Positions 1 to 9,999 of a DNA stretch of 64,000 nucleotides are shown piece after piece (positions within the stretch are counted from its first letter, which is position 1; each line of letters opens with the position of its first letter). The translations under genes and the position numbers were made by a program. Source of the DNA: an uncultured Chloroflexia bacterium (lineage in GTDB: Bacteria; Chloroflexota; Limnocylindria; Limnocylindrales; CSP1-4); the NCBI GenBank assembly GCA_963821235.1, contig CAWGCS010000001.1, positions 2,390,624 through 2,454,623 on the forward strand, in the 5' to 3' direction. The notes under the pieces were generated by a model, which had not been told where the DNA came from, searched no databases, and worked only from the letters and a program-made list of their open reading frames with translations.

Positions 1-389
1 GCGAGCGCGTCGCGGATCGCGTGGGCGCCCGGGAACGCCGGCAGGAGCGAGGGATGGACGTTGAGGACGCGGCCCGGGAAGGCGGCCAGCAGGACGGGGC
101 CGACGAGGCGCATGAAGCCGGCCAGGACGACGGCCTGAACGCCCATCGCCTGCAGCGTCGCGGCCAGCCGCTCGTCGGCGACGGCGCGGGCGTCGGGGTC
201 GCGGGCGCCGAGGTCCTCGATCAGGGCGGTGTCGATGCCGGCCTCGGTCGCCCAGTCGAGGGCCGCGCACGGCCGGTCGGCGAAGACGAGGGCGATGGTG
301 GCGTCGAGGGCGCCGCGGGCGACCCGGGCCTGGAGCGCCCGCAGGTTGCTGCCGCTCCCGGAGACTCCGACCGCGATCCGCCCGCCCAT
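1..389 (-). CDS. purN: phosphoribosylglycinamide formyltransferase, N-terminal part; gene runs off the left edge
   Basis: Own translation of the minus strand from ATG 389: MGGRIAVGVSGSGSNLRALQ...VLNVHPSLLPAFPGAHAIRDAL, carrying the SGSGSNL and HPSLLP motifs of PurN. ATGA overlap with the purM stop. Absent from the ORF track because there is no stop inside the window. Confidence 0.85.
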   Translation of the reverse strand, partial: MGGRIAVGVSGSGSNLRALQARVARGALDATIALVFADRPCAALDWATEAGIDTALIEDLGARDPDARAVADERLAATLQAMGVQAVVLAGFMRLVGPVLLAAFPGRVLNVHPSLLPAFPGAHAIRDAL

Positions 390-1525
390 CAGCGCACCTC
401 CACGTACCGTCGCCCGCCGGTCTCGGCGATCGGCACCACGTCGCCGACGACGAGCCCGGCCATCCCCTGCTCCGCCGCGGCCGCGAGGGCCGCCTCCTCT
501 GCCCCCGGCGGCACCGCCAGCACCATCCCGAGGCCGCCGTTGAAGGTCGCCCGGATCTCCGCCTCGCCGAGCCCGCCGAGGGCGCCCAGGAGGCGCATCG
601 CGGACGGCATCGCCCAGCGCGCCGGCTCGAGGCGCACCGCCAGCCCGTCCGGGAGGATCCGGGGCACGTTGCCTGGCAGGCCGCCGCCCGTCACGTGGGC
701 GATCCCGTGCACGTCGGCGCCGGGGACGCCGGCGCGCACCGCCGCCCGCATCGCGAGGAGGGCGAGGGCGTAGACGCGCGTCGGCGCGAGGAGCACGTCC
801 GCCAGCGGGGAAGCCTCCAGCTCGGGCTCCGCCGGCACGCCCGGGGCGTGACGCCGCAGAGTCTCCCCGTAGGGCGCCTCGAGGTCGAGCCCCGCCTCCT
901 CCACGATCCGGCGGACGAGGCTGAAGCCGTTGCTGTGGAGACCCGACGACGGCAGGCCGACCAGGACGTCCCCGGCGGCGACCGCGCGCCCGTCGAGGAA
1001 GTCGGCGCGCTCGACGACCCCGACGCAGGTCGCGGCGAGGTCCAAGTCGTCGGGGCCCATCACGCCCGGGTGCTCGGCGGTCTCGCCGCCGAGGAGCGTG
1101 CAGCCCGCCAGGCGGCAGCCGGCCGCCACCCCGGCCACGACCGTCGCCACCTCCTCCGGGACCACGCGGCCGACAGCCACGTAATCGAGGAGAAAGAGCG
1201 GCTCCGCGCCCGCACAGGCGACGTCGTCCGCGCACATCGCCACGAGGTCGATCCCCAGGCCCCCGAGGCGCCCCGTCCGCCGCCCCAGGGCCACCTTGGT
1301 CCCCACGCCATCCGTCGAGGCCACGAGGATCGGGCGTCGGAAGCGGGCCGGCATCTCGATCGCCCCGGCGAATCCCCGCCGGCCGCCGACGACCTCCGGG
1401 CGGATCGTCGAGGCGACGGCGTCGCTCATGAGGGTCACCGCCCGCTCGCCGGCCTCCACGTCGACGCCGGCCGCGCGGTACGCGTCGCGAGGGGCGGCCG
1501 CCTTCGCGCCGGATGGCTCAGCCAC
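389..1525 (-). CDS. purM: phosphoribosylformylglycinamidine cyclo-ligase (AIR synthetase)
   Basis: Track ORF 389..1645. Contains YRAAGVDVEAGE and STDGVGTK motifs. Start trimmed to GTG 1525 (8-nt overlap with the purF stop) because the 40 upstream codons look like shadow sequence. Confidence 0.9.
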   Translation of the reverse strand: MAEPSGAKAAAPRDAYRAAGVDVEAGERAVTLMSDAVASTIRPEVVGGRRGFAGAIEMPARFRRPILVASTDGVGTKVALGRRTGRLGGLGIDLVAMCADDVACAGAEPLFLLDYVAVGRVVPEEVATVVAGVAAGCRLAGCTLLGGETAEHPGVMGPDDLDLAATCVGVVERADFLDGRAVAAGDVLVGLPSSGLHSNGFSLVRRIVEEAGLDLEAPYGETLRRHAPGVPAEPELEASPLADVLLAPTRVYALALLAMRAAVRAGVPGADVHGIAHVTGGGLPGNVPRILPDGLAVRLEPARWAMPSAMRLLGALGGLGEAEIRATFNGGLGMVLAVPPGAEEAALAAAAEQGMAGLVVGDVVPIAETGGRRYVEVR

Positions 1526-2960
1526 GGGCCAGCGGTGCCTCCTCGAGAACGAGCTTGCGGCGGGCCGCGTCGTACGGCACCGGCTCCGGGTAGCGGCCGT
1601 CGAAGCAGGCGAAGCAGAACCCCTCGTAGGGCAGCTCGAGGGCACGCAGGAGGCCGGGGATGGAGAGGTAGCCGAGGGTGTCGGCGCCGATGAAGTCGCG
1701 GATCTCCTCGACCGAGTTGCTGGCCGCGATCAGCTCCGTCTCGACCTGCGTGTCGATCCCGTAGAAGCAGGGGTGGTGGATGGGCGGCGCGCTGATCCGG
1801 ACGTGGACCTCGGCGGCCCCCGCCTTGCGGAGGAGCCCGACGATGGAGCGGGTAGTCGTGCCGCGCACGATCGAGTCGTCGACCACGACGAGGCGGCGGT
1901 CCCGGACGACGTCGCGGAGGGGGTTGAGCTTGACCGTCACGCCCCGGTGGCGCAACGCCTGGGAGGGCTGGATGAAGGTCCGGCCGGCGTAGCGGTTGCG
2001 ATACATCCCCTCGCGGTACGGGATCCCGGACGCCTCCGCGTAGCCGGCGGCGGCGGGACCGCCCGTGTCCGGCACCGGCATGACGAGATCGGCGGCCACG
2101 GCGTGCTCGGCGGCGAGCTCAATCCCCATCCGGCGGCGCACCTCGTAGAGGTTGCGGCCCTCCATGACGGAGTCGGGCCGGGCGAAGTAGATGAGCTCGA
2201 AGACGCAGAGGGCCGGGCTGGCGGGGGCGAAGCGGACCGAGCGGGGCGCCGCGCCGGGCTCGAGGATCAGCAGCTCGCCGGGCTCGACGTCGCGCACGTA
2301 GTCGGCGCCGACGACGTCGAGGCCCGCCGTCTCCGAGGAGAGGACCCAGCCGGCGCCGTCCTCGGCGTCGACCCCCGTCCCTGACGCGTCCTCCTCGGCC
2401 GGGAGGCGGCCGAGGACGAGCGGCCGGAAGCCGAAGGGATCGCGGACGCCGATGACGCGCCGCTCGTCGAGGACGACCAGGCTGTAGGCGCCGCGGACGT
2501 GGGGGAGGACTCGCACGAGGGCCTCCACCGTGTCGCTCCCCGGCTCGTCGGCCAGGAGCGCCGTGAGCAGCTCCGTGTCCGTGCTGGCCGGGAGGCGGCT
2601 GCGGCCGCCGGAGAGGCGCTGCAGGAGCTCGCGCGTGTTCACGAGGTTGCCGTTGTGGCCGATCGCCAGCGCCCGGCGAGGGCCCAGGCGAAGCGTGGGC
2701 TGGGCGTTCTCCCAGACGGTCGAGCCGGTCGTCGAATAGCGGCAGTGGGAGACGGCCAGCCGGCCCGGGAGGCTCGGCAGGCGCCGGTCGTCGAGGACCT
2801 GAGCGATGAGGCCGAGGTCCTTGTAGAGCATCAGCTGCTCCCCGTCGGAGGCGGCGATCCCCGCCGATTCCTGTCCCCGGTGCTGGAGCGCGAAGAGCCC
2901 GAGCGCCGCAATCCGGGCGGCGTCGCCGCCGGGGATCACGGCCCCGAAGACGCCGCACAT
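1518..2960 (-). CDS. purF: amidophosphoribosyltransferase
   Basis: MCGVFG N-terminal nucleophile and PRTase loop VVVDDSIVRGTT; 480 aa. Confidence 0.95.
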   Translation of the reverse strand: MCGVFGAVIPGGDAARIAALGLFALQHRGQESAGIAASDGEQLMLYKDLGLIAQVLDDRRLPSLPGRLAVSHCRYSTTGSTVWENAQPTLRLGPRRALAIGHNGNLVNTRELLQRLSGGRSRLPASTDTELLTALLADEPGSDTVEALVRVLPHVRGAYSLVVLDERRVIGVRDPFGFRPLVLGRLPAEEDASGTGVDAEDGAGWVLSSETAGLDVVGADYVRDVEPGELLILEPGAAPRSVRFAPASPALCVFELIYFARPDSVMEGRNLYEVRRRMGIELAAEHAVAADLVMPVPDTGGPAAAGYAEASGIPYREGMYRNRYAGRTFIQPSQALRHRGVTVKLNPLRDVVRDRRLVVVDDSIVRGTTTRSIVGLLRKAGAAEVHVRISAPPIHHPCFYGIDTQVETELIAASNSVEEIRDFIGADTLGYLSIPGLLRALELPYEGFCFACFDGRYPEPVPYDAARRKLVLEEAPLARG

Positions 2961-2964
2961 GGCC

Positions 2965-5277
2965 CTAGGCCTCCACGCCGAGCGCCCGCGAGAGCCCGTG
3001 CTCCCAGGCGTGGCGCAGGTCGGCGAGGCTGAGGTCGACGGCGTCCGCCACGCCGGCCCCGCGCTCCTCGGCGGCGCCGGTCGCGCCCTCGCCCCCGAGC
3101 TCGATCAGGAGCCGCTCGCCGCCGGTCACCCCGAGCTCGGCGAGTGGGACGTCGTGCCGCGCGGCGAGGGCGCGGAGGGGCGGGACAGCGCCGGCCGGCG
3201 CCGCGACGATGGCCCGCGACGGGCTCTCCCCGAAGAGCGCGACCGCCGGCGAGCCGGCCACCGGAACGCGGAAGCGACCGCCCCGCTCACCCCACAGGGC
3301 CATCTCCACGAGGGCCACCGCGAGGCCCCCGCGCGAGACATCGTGGGCGGCGCCGACGAGGTGGGCGGCAACGGCCGCCCGCAGCCAGGCCTGCAGGGCG
3401 GCCTCGCGGGCCAGGTCGAGCCAGGGCGGATCCTCGTCGGCTCCTCGGCCGGCGAGGGCCGCGTAGGCGGATCCACCCAGGCCGGGGCCGCCCGAGCCGG
3501 CGAGGAGGACGACCAGGCCGTCGGCGCCGAAGGCCGGCCCGACGAGCGCCGCGGCGTCGTCGGCGAGCCCGACCACGCCGATCTCGGGCGTCGGCGCGAT
3601 CGACGACCCGGGCGCCTCGTTGTAGAGCGACACGTTGCCGCCCGTGACGGGAATCCCGAGGGCCCGGCAGGCGTCGCCGAGGCCGCGGACCGCCTCCCGC
3701 AGCTGCCAGAACGCCTCGGGGCGGGTCGGGTCCCCGAAGTTGAGGCAGTTCGTCACGCCGAGCGGGCGGGCTCCGGTGACGCTGACGTTGCGGGTCGCCT
3801 CCGCGACCGACATCGCCGCGCCGAGATACGGGTCCAGCGCGGCGACGGCCTGGTCGCCGTCGGTGGTCGCCACGAGGGCCTTCGCCGTCCCCTTGATCCG
3901 CAGGACGGCCGCGCCGCGGCCCGGCCCGACCACCGTGTTCGTCTGGACGTGCTGGTCGTACTGCTCGTAGACCCAGCGCCGCGAGGCGAGGTTCGGGCCG
4001 CCGACGAGGCCCAGCAGCACGGCCCCCGGGTCCATCCCCCGCTCGGGGAGGCCGTCCGCGGGACCGGGCGGCTCGCCCGGGGAAGGGGCGGCCCGCCGGC
4101 GGGCGGGAGGGGCGGCCGCCCGCTCGAAGACGATCGCCTCCGAGGCGAGCGCCCGGGCGGGGATACGGGCCAGCTCGCGAGCGCCCGGGCGTGGGCGGCC
4201 GTCGTCATCCAGGCCGCCCTCCACGACCGCGACGTCGCCGTCATCGGTCACCCGGCCGATCACCGCGCAAGGCAGCCCCCAGCGGGCGCAGACGGCCTCG
4301 ACCTCCGCCAGCCGTTCGGGCCGGACGATGGCGACCATCCGTTCCTGCGACTCGCTGATCATCACCTCGAAGGGCGCCATCCCCGGCTCGCGGCGATGGA
4401 TCGCGTCGAGGTCGACGAGGATCCCGGTCCCCGCCCGGTCCGCGGTCTCCGAGACGCCGCAGGTGATGCCGGCGGCCCCCAGGTCCTGGATCCCCTCGGC
4501 CAGGCCGTGCTCGACGATCTCGAGGGTCGCCTCGATGAGCAGCTTCTCGGCGAACGGGTCGCCGACCTGCACGGCCGGCCGCTTGGAGGGGTCCTGGTCG
4601 CCGAAGGTCGCGCTGGCGAGGACCGACGCGCCGCCGATCCCGTCGCGGCCGGTCGCGCTGCCGTAGAGGACGACGAGGTTGCCCGGGCCGGGCGCCGCCG
4701 CCCGCATGATGCGGTCCTCGCGGACGATCCCGATCGCCATGACGTTGACGAGCGGGTTGCCCTGGTAGGAGGCGTCGAAGACGAGCTCGCCGCCCACCGT
4801 CGGGACGCCCACGCAGTTGCCGTAGCCGCCGACGCCGGAGACGACGCCGCGGACGAGGTGGCGCGTCCTGGCGTCCCCCGGGTCGCCGAAGCGGAGGGCG
4901 TCGAGGACGGCGATCGGGCGGGCGCCCATCGCGAAAATGTCGCGAAGGATCCCCCCGACGCCGGTGGCCGCACCCTGGTACGGCTCGACCGCGCTGGGGT
5001 GGTTGTGCGACTCCATCTTGAAGGCCACCGCCAGCCCGTCGCCGATGCGCTGGACGCCGGCGTTCTCGCCGGGGCCGGCGACCACGTCGGGGCCGCTGGT
5101 CGGCAGCGTCCGGAGAAGCGGCCGGCTGCTCTTGTACGAGCAGTGCTCGCTCCACATGACGCTGAACATGGCGAGCTCCAGGTCGTTGGGGGTGCGGCCG
5201 AGCTTCGCCTCGATCGCCGCCAGCTCCCCGTCGGTGAGCCCGAGGGCCCGGTGGAGCGGCACCGCCGGCGCAGTCAC
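2965..5277 (-). CDS. purL: phosphoribosylformylglycinamidine synthase subunit II
   Basis: [14 protein letters not shown] and the rest of the PurL fold. Start is GTG 5277 in a GTGA overlap with the purQ stop. The first 231 codons of track ORF 2965..5970 overlap purQ out of frame. Confidence 0.95.
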   Translation of the reverse strand: MTAPAVPLHRALGLTDGELAAIEAKLGRTPNDLELAMFSVMWSEHCSYKSSRPLLRTLPTSGPDVVAGPGENAGVQRIGDGLAVAFKMESHNHPSAVEPYQGAATGVGGILRDIFAMGARPIAVLDALRFGDPGDARTRHLVRGVVSGVGGYGNCVGVPTVGGELVFDASYQGNPLVNVMAIGIVREDRIMRAAAPGPGNLVVLYGSATGRDGIGGASVLASATFGDQDPSKRPAVQVGDPFAEKLLIEATLEIVEHGLAEGIQDLGAAGITCGVSETADRAGTGILVDLDAIHRREPGMAPFEVMISESQERMVAIVRPERLAEVEAVCARWGLPCAVIGRVTDDGDVAVVEGGLDDDGRPRPGARELARIPARALASEAIVFERAAAPPARRRAAPSPGEPPGPADGLPERGMDPGAVLLGLVGGPNLASRRWVYEQYDQHVQTNTVVGPGRGAAVLRIKGTAKALVATTDGDQAVAALDPYLGAAMSVAEATRNVSVTGARPLGVTNCLNFGDPTRPEAFWQLREAVRGLGDACRALGIPVTGGNVSLYNEAPGSSIAPTPEIGVVGLADDAAALVGPAFGADGLVVLLAGSGGPGLGGSAYAALAGRGADEDPPWLDLAREAALQAWLRAAVAAHLVGAAHDVSRGGLAVALVEMALWGERGGRFRVPVAGSPAVALFGESPSRAIVAAPAGAVPPLRALAARHDVPLAELGVTGGERLLIELGGEGATGAAEERGAGVADAVDLSLADLRHAWEHGLSRALGVEA

Positions 5278-6029
5278 CTGGCGCTCCCCGCCGCGACCGC
5301 CGGCGGCCCGCCGGCCGCGGCCCGCTCGGCCGCCGCCTCGACGAGCGAGCGCAGGATCAGCAGCCCGTCGGCGGAGCCGAGCAGGGCTTCGGCCGCCCGC
5401 TCCGGGTGGGGCATGAGCCCCGCCACGTTGCCCGCCGCGTTGATGACGCCGGCGATCCCGTGCAGGGAGCCGTTGGGGTTGGCCGCCGCGTCCGGGTCGA
5501 GGGCGGGCGTGCCGTCGGGGGCGACGTAGCGGAAGAGGACCCGGCCCTCGCGTTCCAGGACGGCCAGCGTCGCCTCGTCGGCGTAGTACGCGCCCTCGCC
5601 GTGGGCCACCGACATCCGCAGGGGCCCCCGCTCCCCGACGAGGCGGGTGAAGGGCGTGTCGAGGCGCTCGGCCGCGATCGTCACCTCGCGGCAGACGAAG
5701 CGCAGGCCCCGGTTCCGCAGCAAGGCCCCGGGCACGAGATGGGCCTCCGCGAGGACCTGGAAGCCGTTGCAGATCCCCAGGACCAGCCCGCCCTCGGCCG
5801 CGAACGCCGCCACGGCACGCATGACCGGGCTGAAGCGGGCGATGACGCCGGCCCGCAGGTAGTCGCCGTAGGCGAAGCCGCCGGGCAGGACCACCGCCTC
5901 CGCGCCGCCGAGGTCGGCCGACTCGTGCCACAGCTCGACCGGCTCCGCGCCGGCGAGGCGGAGCGCCCACAGGGCGTCCTGGTCGCAGTTGGAGCCCGGG
6001 AAGACGACGACCCCGACGCGGACGCTCAC
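5274..6029 (-). CDS. purQ: phosphoribosylformylglycinamidine synthase subunit I (glutaminase)
   Basis: [16 protein letters not shown] and HPER triad-type amidotransferase motifs; 251 aa. Confidence 0.95.
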   Translation of the reverse strand: MSVRVGVVVFPGSNCDQDALWALRLAGAEPVELWHESADLGGAEAVVLPGGFAYGDYLRAGVIARFSPVMRAVAAFAAEGGLVLGICNGFQVLAEAHLVPGALLRNRGLRFVCREVTIAAERLDTPFTRLVGERGPLRMSVAHGEGAYYADEATLAVLEREGRVLFRYVAPDGTPALDPDAAANPNGSLHGIAGVINAAGNVAGLMPHPERAAEALLGSADGLLILRSLVEAAAERAAAGGPPAVAAGSAR

Positions 6030-6337
6030 CGGCCGCCCGTGCTCCGGGTGGTGGATGATGCGCCGCCCAGCACGTCGACCTCGTACTGCTCGATGAGCGG
6101 GTTCGAGAGGAGCTCCCCGGCGATCCGCTCGACGATCGCCAGGGCTCCGGCGAGGTCGGGTGCGTCCACCGTCATCTCGATGCGCCGGCCGACCCGCACG
6201 CGGGCGACGCCGGTCACCCCGAGGTGGGGCAGGCTCTGCTCTACGGCCCGACCCTGGGGGTCGAGGATCCCCTCCCGGGGGGTGACGTTGACGGCGAACC
6301 GGAAGCTGGCGGCCGGCCCCGCGTCGGGCGTGCTCAT
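6026..6337 (-). CDS. purS: phosphoribosylformylglycinamidine synthase subunit PurS
   Basis: 103-aa C-terminal part of track ORF 6026..6931 (MSTPDAG...[18 protein letters not shown]). ATGA overlap with the purC stop and GTGA overlap with the purQ start. Confidence 0.9.
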   Translation of the reverse strand: MSTPDAGPAASFRFAVNVTPREGILDPQGRAVEQSLPHLGVTGVARVRVGRRIEMTVDAPDLAGALAIVERIAGELLSNPLIEQYEVDVLGGASSTTRSTGGR

Positions 6338-7254
6338 CGGGCGATGACGTCCTCCTCCAGGTAGCGAGCGAACGAGGCGCCGGTGATGCGCTCGAAGGCC
6401 TCGACGTAGCGGGCCCGGGTGCCGGCCACGACGTCGGCGGGCAGGGCCGGCCCGGGCGGCCGCTTGTCCCACTCCAGCCCGTCGAGCCAGTCGCGGACGA
6501 ACTGCTTGTCGTAGCTCGGCTGCGGCCCGCCCGGCTGCCAGCTCGCGGCGTCCCAGAAGCGCGAGGAATCGGGGGTCAGGACCTCGTCGACGAGGAGCAG
6601 GTCCCCGTTGGACGGGTCGGTCCCGAACTCGAACTTGGTGTCGGCCAGGATGATCCCGGCCCGCGCGCAGGCCGCGGCACCGTGGCGGTACAGGGCGAAG
6701 GAGGCCTCGCGCACCCGGGTGGCCAGCTCGTGGCTGATGAGGCTCGCCACGTGGACGAACGGGATGTTCTCGTCGTGGGTGCCGGCCGGCGCCTTCCAGG
6801 CCGGCGTGAAGATCGGCTCTGGCAGCCGGTCGCCCTCGCGGAGCCCCGGCGGGAGCTCGATCCCGCACACGGCGCCGGTCGTGACGTACTCCGTCCAGCC
6901 AGAGCCGGCCAGGTAGCCGCGGACGACGCATTCGACCGGCAGGACGTCGGCGCGGCGGCCGATCATGATCCGCCCGCGGAGCTCGGCCGCGACGCCCGCG
7001 TCGGCCACCAGCTCGAGCGGCAGCTCGGCCGGGTCGGTGCCGAGCAGGTGGTTGGGCACGATCTGGGCTGTCTCGCCGAGCCAGAAGCGCGACAGCCCGG
7101 TGAGGACCCGGCCCTTGTCCGGGATGGGGGTCGGCAGGACGACGTCGAAGGCGCTGATCCGGTCGGACGCGACCAGGAGGAGCCGCTCGTCGTCGACCCG
7201 GTACAGGTCGCGGACCTTCCCGGAGCGCAGGAAGAGTCCCTCAGCCTTGAGCAC
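6334..7254 (-). CDS. purC: phosphoribosylaminoimidazole-succinocarboxamide synthase
   Basis: GKVRDLY and SDRISAFD motifs. Start placed at GTG 7254 (the ORF start at 7326 is also possible). Overlaps the purB stop by 14 nt. Confidence 0.9.
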   Translation of the reverse strand: MLKAEGLFLRSGKVRDLYRVDDERLLLVASDRISAFDVVLPTPIPDKGRVLTGLSRFWLGETAQIVPNHLLGTDPAELPLELVADAGVAAELRGRIMIGRRADVLPVECVVRGYLAGSGWTEYVTTGAVCGIELPPGLREGDRLPEPIFTPAWKAPAGTHDENIPFVHVASLISHELATRVREASFALYRHGAAACARAGIILADTKFEFGTDPSNGDLLLVDEVLTPDSSRFWDAASWQPGGPQPSYDKQFVRDWLDGLEWDKRPPGPALPADVVAGTRARYVEAFERITGASFARYLEEDVIAR

Positions 7255-8614
7255 GGGCGACCTCTTCCCCGACTGGCTCCGCGGCCTCGCCGGCGGCCCG
7301 GGCGCGAAGCCCGCTCTCGATGGCATCCAGGCGGCCGATGACCGCCGGCACGTGGCGCAGGAACCCGGCGTCGTCGAAGCAGGCGTCCAGGCGGGCCAGC
7401 GTCAGGCGCCCGGCGACTGCCGGGTCCGTCGCCAGCAGCGCGTGCAGCTGGACCCGGTCGTCGGCCGCCCGGAGGGCGTTGCGCTGGACGATCGCGTAGG
7501 CGTCCTCGCGTGCCAGCCCTCCGTCCTCGACGAGGGCCACCAGGACCCGGCTGCTGGCGTGGAGCCCGAGGCCCCGCTCGATGTTCTCGCGCATCCGGTC
7601 GGCGCGGACGACCAGGCCCTCGACGAGCGTCGCCATCTTCGCCAGCATGTAGTCGAGGAGGATGGTGGAGTCGGGCAGGAGCACTCGCTCCGCCGACGAG
7701 TGGCTGATGTCCCGCTCGTGCCAGAGCGGCTGGTTCTCGAACGCCGCGCCGGCGTAGCCGCGGAGCAGGCGGGCGAGCCCCGCGATCCGCTCGGCGACGA
7801 TCGGGTTGCGCTTGTGGGGCATCGCCGAGCTGCCCTTCTGGCCGTTCCGGAACGGCTCCATGAGCTCGCCGATCTCAGTGTGCTGGAGGTTGCGGACCTC
7901 GGTGGCGTAGCGCTCCAGCGAGCCGCCGGTGATGGCGATCGCGGCCAGCACCGCAGCGTGGCGGTCGCGCTGGACGATCTGGGTGCTGGCCGGGTCGACC
8001 TCGAGGTTGAGGTCCGCGAGCACCTCGGCCTCGAGGTCGGGCGGAAGGTGGCTGTAGGTCCCCACGGGGCCGGAGACCTTGCCGGTCGCGGCGTCGGCGA
8101 ACGCGCGGGCCAGCCGGGCGCGATCCCGCTCGAGCTCGAAGGCCCAGCCGGCCAGCTTGTGGCCGAGGGTGGTGGGCTCGGCGTGGACCGAGTGGGTGCG
8201 GCCCATCATCAACGTGCCGGCCTCGGCCCGGGCGCGTGCCACGAGCGCCCGCAGGAGCCCGTCCACGCCGCGCAGGAGCAGGTCGCCCGCCGCCCGGAGC
8301 TGCAGCGCGAGCCCGGTGTCGACGACGTCGCTGCTCGTCAGCCCGAGGTGGATGTAGCGACCCTCCGGGCCCACGGCCTCCGCGACCTGGCTGACGAAGG
8401 CGATGACGTCGTGGTCGGTGGTCCGCTCGATCTCCGCGATGCGGGCCACGTCGACCCGGGCCCGCTCACGGATGGCCGCCAGCGCCTCGGCCGGGATCAT
8501 GCCGCGCGCCGCCTGCGCCTTCGCCACCGCGATCTCGACGCGCAGCATGGCCGCGAAGCGGGCCTCTTCCGACCACGCCGCACCCATCTCCGGGCGCGTG
8601 TAGCGGCGGATCAC
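7241..8614 (-). CDS. purB: adenylosuccinate lyase
   Basis: C-terminal 457 aa of track ORF 7241..10384 (VIRRYTRPEM...; fumarate-lyase signature GSSAMPHKRNP). GTG 8614 lies in a GTGA overlap with the purD stop. Confidence 0.95.
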   Translation of the reverse strand: MIRRYTRPEMGAAWSEEARFAAMLRVEIAVAKAQAARGMIPAEALAAIRERARVDVARIAEIERTTDHDVIAFVSQVAEAVGPEGRYIHLGLTSSDVVDTGLALQLRAAGDLLLRGVDGLLRALVARARAEAGTLMMGRTHSVHAEPTTLGHKLAGWAFELERDRARLARAFADAATGKVSGPVGTYSHLPPDLEAEVLADLNLEVDPASTQIVQRDRHAAVLAAIAITGGSLERYATEVRNLQHTEIGELMEPFRNGQKGSSAMPHKRNPIVAERIAGLARLLRGYAGAAFENQPLWHERDISHSSAERVLLPDSTILLDYMLAKMATLVEGLVVRADRMRENIERGLGLHASSRVLVALVEDGGLAREDAYAIVQRNALRAADDRVQLHALLATDPAVAGRLTLARLDACFDDAGFLRHVPAVIGRLDAIESGLRARAAGEAAEPVGEEVARAQG

Positions 8615-9999
8615 GGGGGTGCCCCCACTTCGGCCCCGGTCGGCGCCGGCGAGGCGGCAGCGGCCAGTGAGAGCCCACCACCCGCGCCGATGTCGTGGCG
8701 TCGTCGCGCGCCGGCGAAGCTCACCAGGCTGGCCGCGGCCTCGGCCGCTGCCCGCGCCGCTGGGAGCCCGTCGCCCCGCCCGACGACCGCGAGGATCCGC
8801 CCGCCGTCCGTCTCCCAGCCGCCGTCCGCGGCCCGCCGCGTTCCGGCGTGGAAGACGAGCGCGTCGCGCGTCGCTGCGGCCAGCCCCTCGATGCGATCGC
8901 CCGTCGACGGCGCGACGGGGTAGTCGCGGCCCACCAGCACGATCGCCACGGCCGCCGCGGGCTCGGCGGGGAGCACGTCCCGGGTCACGCCGAGGCTCGC
9001 CGCGACGTCCCGCAGGCGGCCGACGGCCGCGGCCAGCAGGAGCGGCGCGAGGGGGCAGGCCAGGCGCGGCAGGATGGCCTGCGTCTCGGGGTCCCCGAAC
9101 CGGGCGTTGAACTCCAGGAGGACGGGCCCTCGGTCCGCGGTGAGGATGAGGCCGGCGTAGAGGGCGCCGACGAAGGGCATCCCGCGTCGCGCCAGCTCCG
9201 CGAGGGCGGGCCGGTGGAAGCGGGCGATCGCCTCGGCGACGAGCTCGTCCGGGACGTCCGCCAGGGGTGAGTAGGCGCCCATCCCGCCGGTGTTCGGCCC
9301 GCTGTCGCCGTCCCCCAGGCGCTTGTGATCCCGGGCCGCCGGGAGGGCCACGGCGTCCCGAGCGTCGCAGATGGCGATCACGCTGGCTTCCGGGCCGCGC
9401 AGCCGCTCCTCGACCACGACGAGGGGCCGGCCGGGGTCCTCGCCGCCGGAGAAGACCGCCGCCAGGGCGGCCTCTGCCTCGGCCAGCGTGTCGCAGACCG
9501 CGACCCCCTTCCCTGCGGCGAGCCCGTCCGCCTTCACGACGACGCCGTCGCCCACAGCGGCCAGCTCCGCGGCGAAGGCGCGGGCCGGGTCGAGCGACCC
9601 GAACGCGCCGGCGCGCGCCATCGGGATCCCGGCGGCGGCGGCGATCTCGTGGCAGAAGGCCTTGCTCGTCTCGATCCTGGCCGCCGCCGCGACCGGCCCG
9701 AAGACGGGGATCCCGGCGGCCGCCAGGGCGTCCGCCACACCGGACGCCAGGGGCGCCTCGGGGCCGACCACGACCAGGTCCGAGCCGGCCGCGCGGGCTG
9801 CCGCCACCACGGCCGGCGGGTCGGTGGGCCGCCCGGCGCGCTCCACCCGGACGCCGGGCAGAGCAGCGATCGCGTCGCTCCCGGGGAGCGCCACCAGCTC
9901 CTCGACGCCGTCCTCCGCGGCCAGGCGCCAGGCGAGGGCGTGCTCGCGGCCACCGCCCCCCACGAGGAGGATCCGGCGCGGGACGGGGGCCGCCGTCAC
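8611..9999 (-). CDS. purD: phosphoribosylamine-glycine ligase
   Basis: ILLVGGGGREHALAW N-terminus with an ATP-grasp body. GTG 9999 lies in a GTGA overlap with the purA stop. Confidence 0.95.
   Translation of the reverse strand: MTAAPVPRRILLVGGGGREHALAWRLAAEDGVEELVALPGSDAIAALPGVRVERAGRPTDPPAVVAAARAAGSDLVVVGPEAPLASGVADALAAAGIPVFGPVAAAARIETSKAFCHEIAAAAGIPMARAGAFGSLDPARAFAAELAAVGDGVVVKADGLAAGKGVAVCDTLAEAEAALAAVFSGGEDPGRPLVVVEERLRGPEASVIAICDARDAVALPAARDHKRLGDGDSGPNTGGMGAYSPLADVPDELVAEAIARFHRPALAELARRGMPFVGALYAGLILTADRGPVLLEFNARFGDPETQAILPRLACPLAPLLLAAAVGRLRDVAASLGVTRDVLPAEPAAAVAIVLVGRDYPVAPSTGDRIEGLAAATRDALVFHAGTRRAADGGWETDGGRILAVVGRGDGLPAARAAAEAAASLVSFAGARRRHDIGAGGGLSLAAAASPAPTGAEVGAPP

Noticed and set aside
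2959-5529. 856-aa plus-strand ORF. Similar very long ORFs in the track: 11251..13323, 18008..20182, 28497..30653, 33842..35962, 38461..41310, 49330..51579, 59612..61522.
   Set aside because: All are antisense or out of frame to genes with clear family signatures. They translate to Arg/Gly/Pro/Ala-rich low-complexity sequence, as expected for shadow ORFs in very GC-rich DNA. No recognisable domains.
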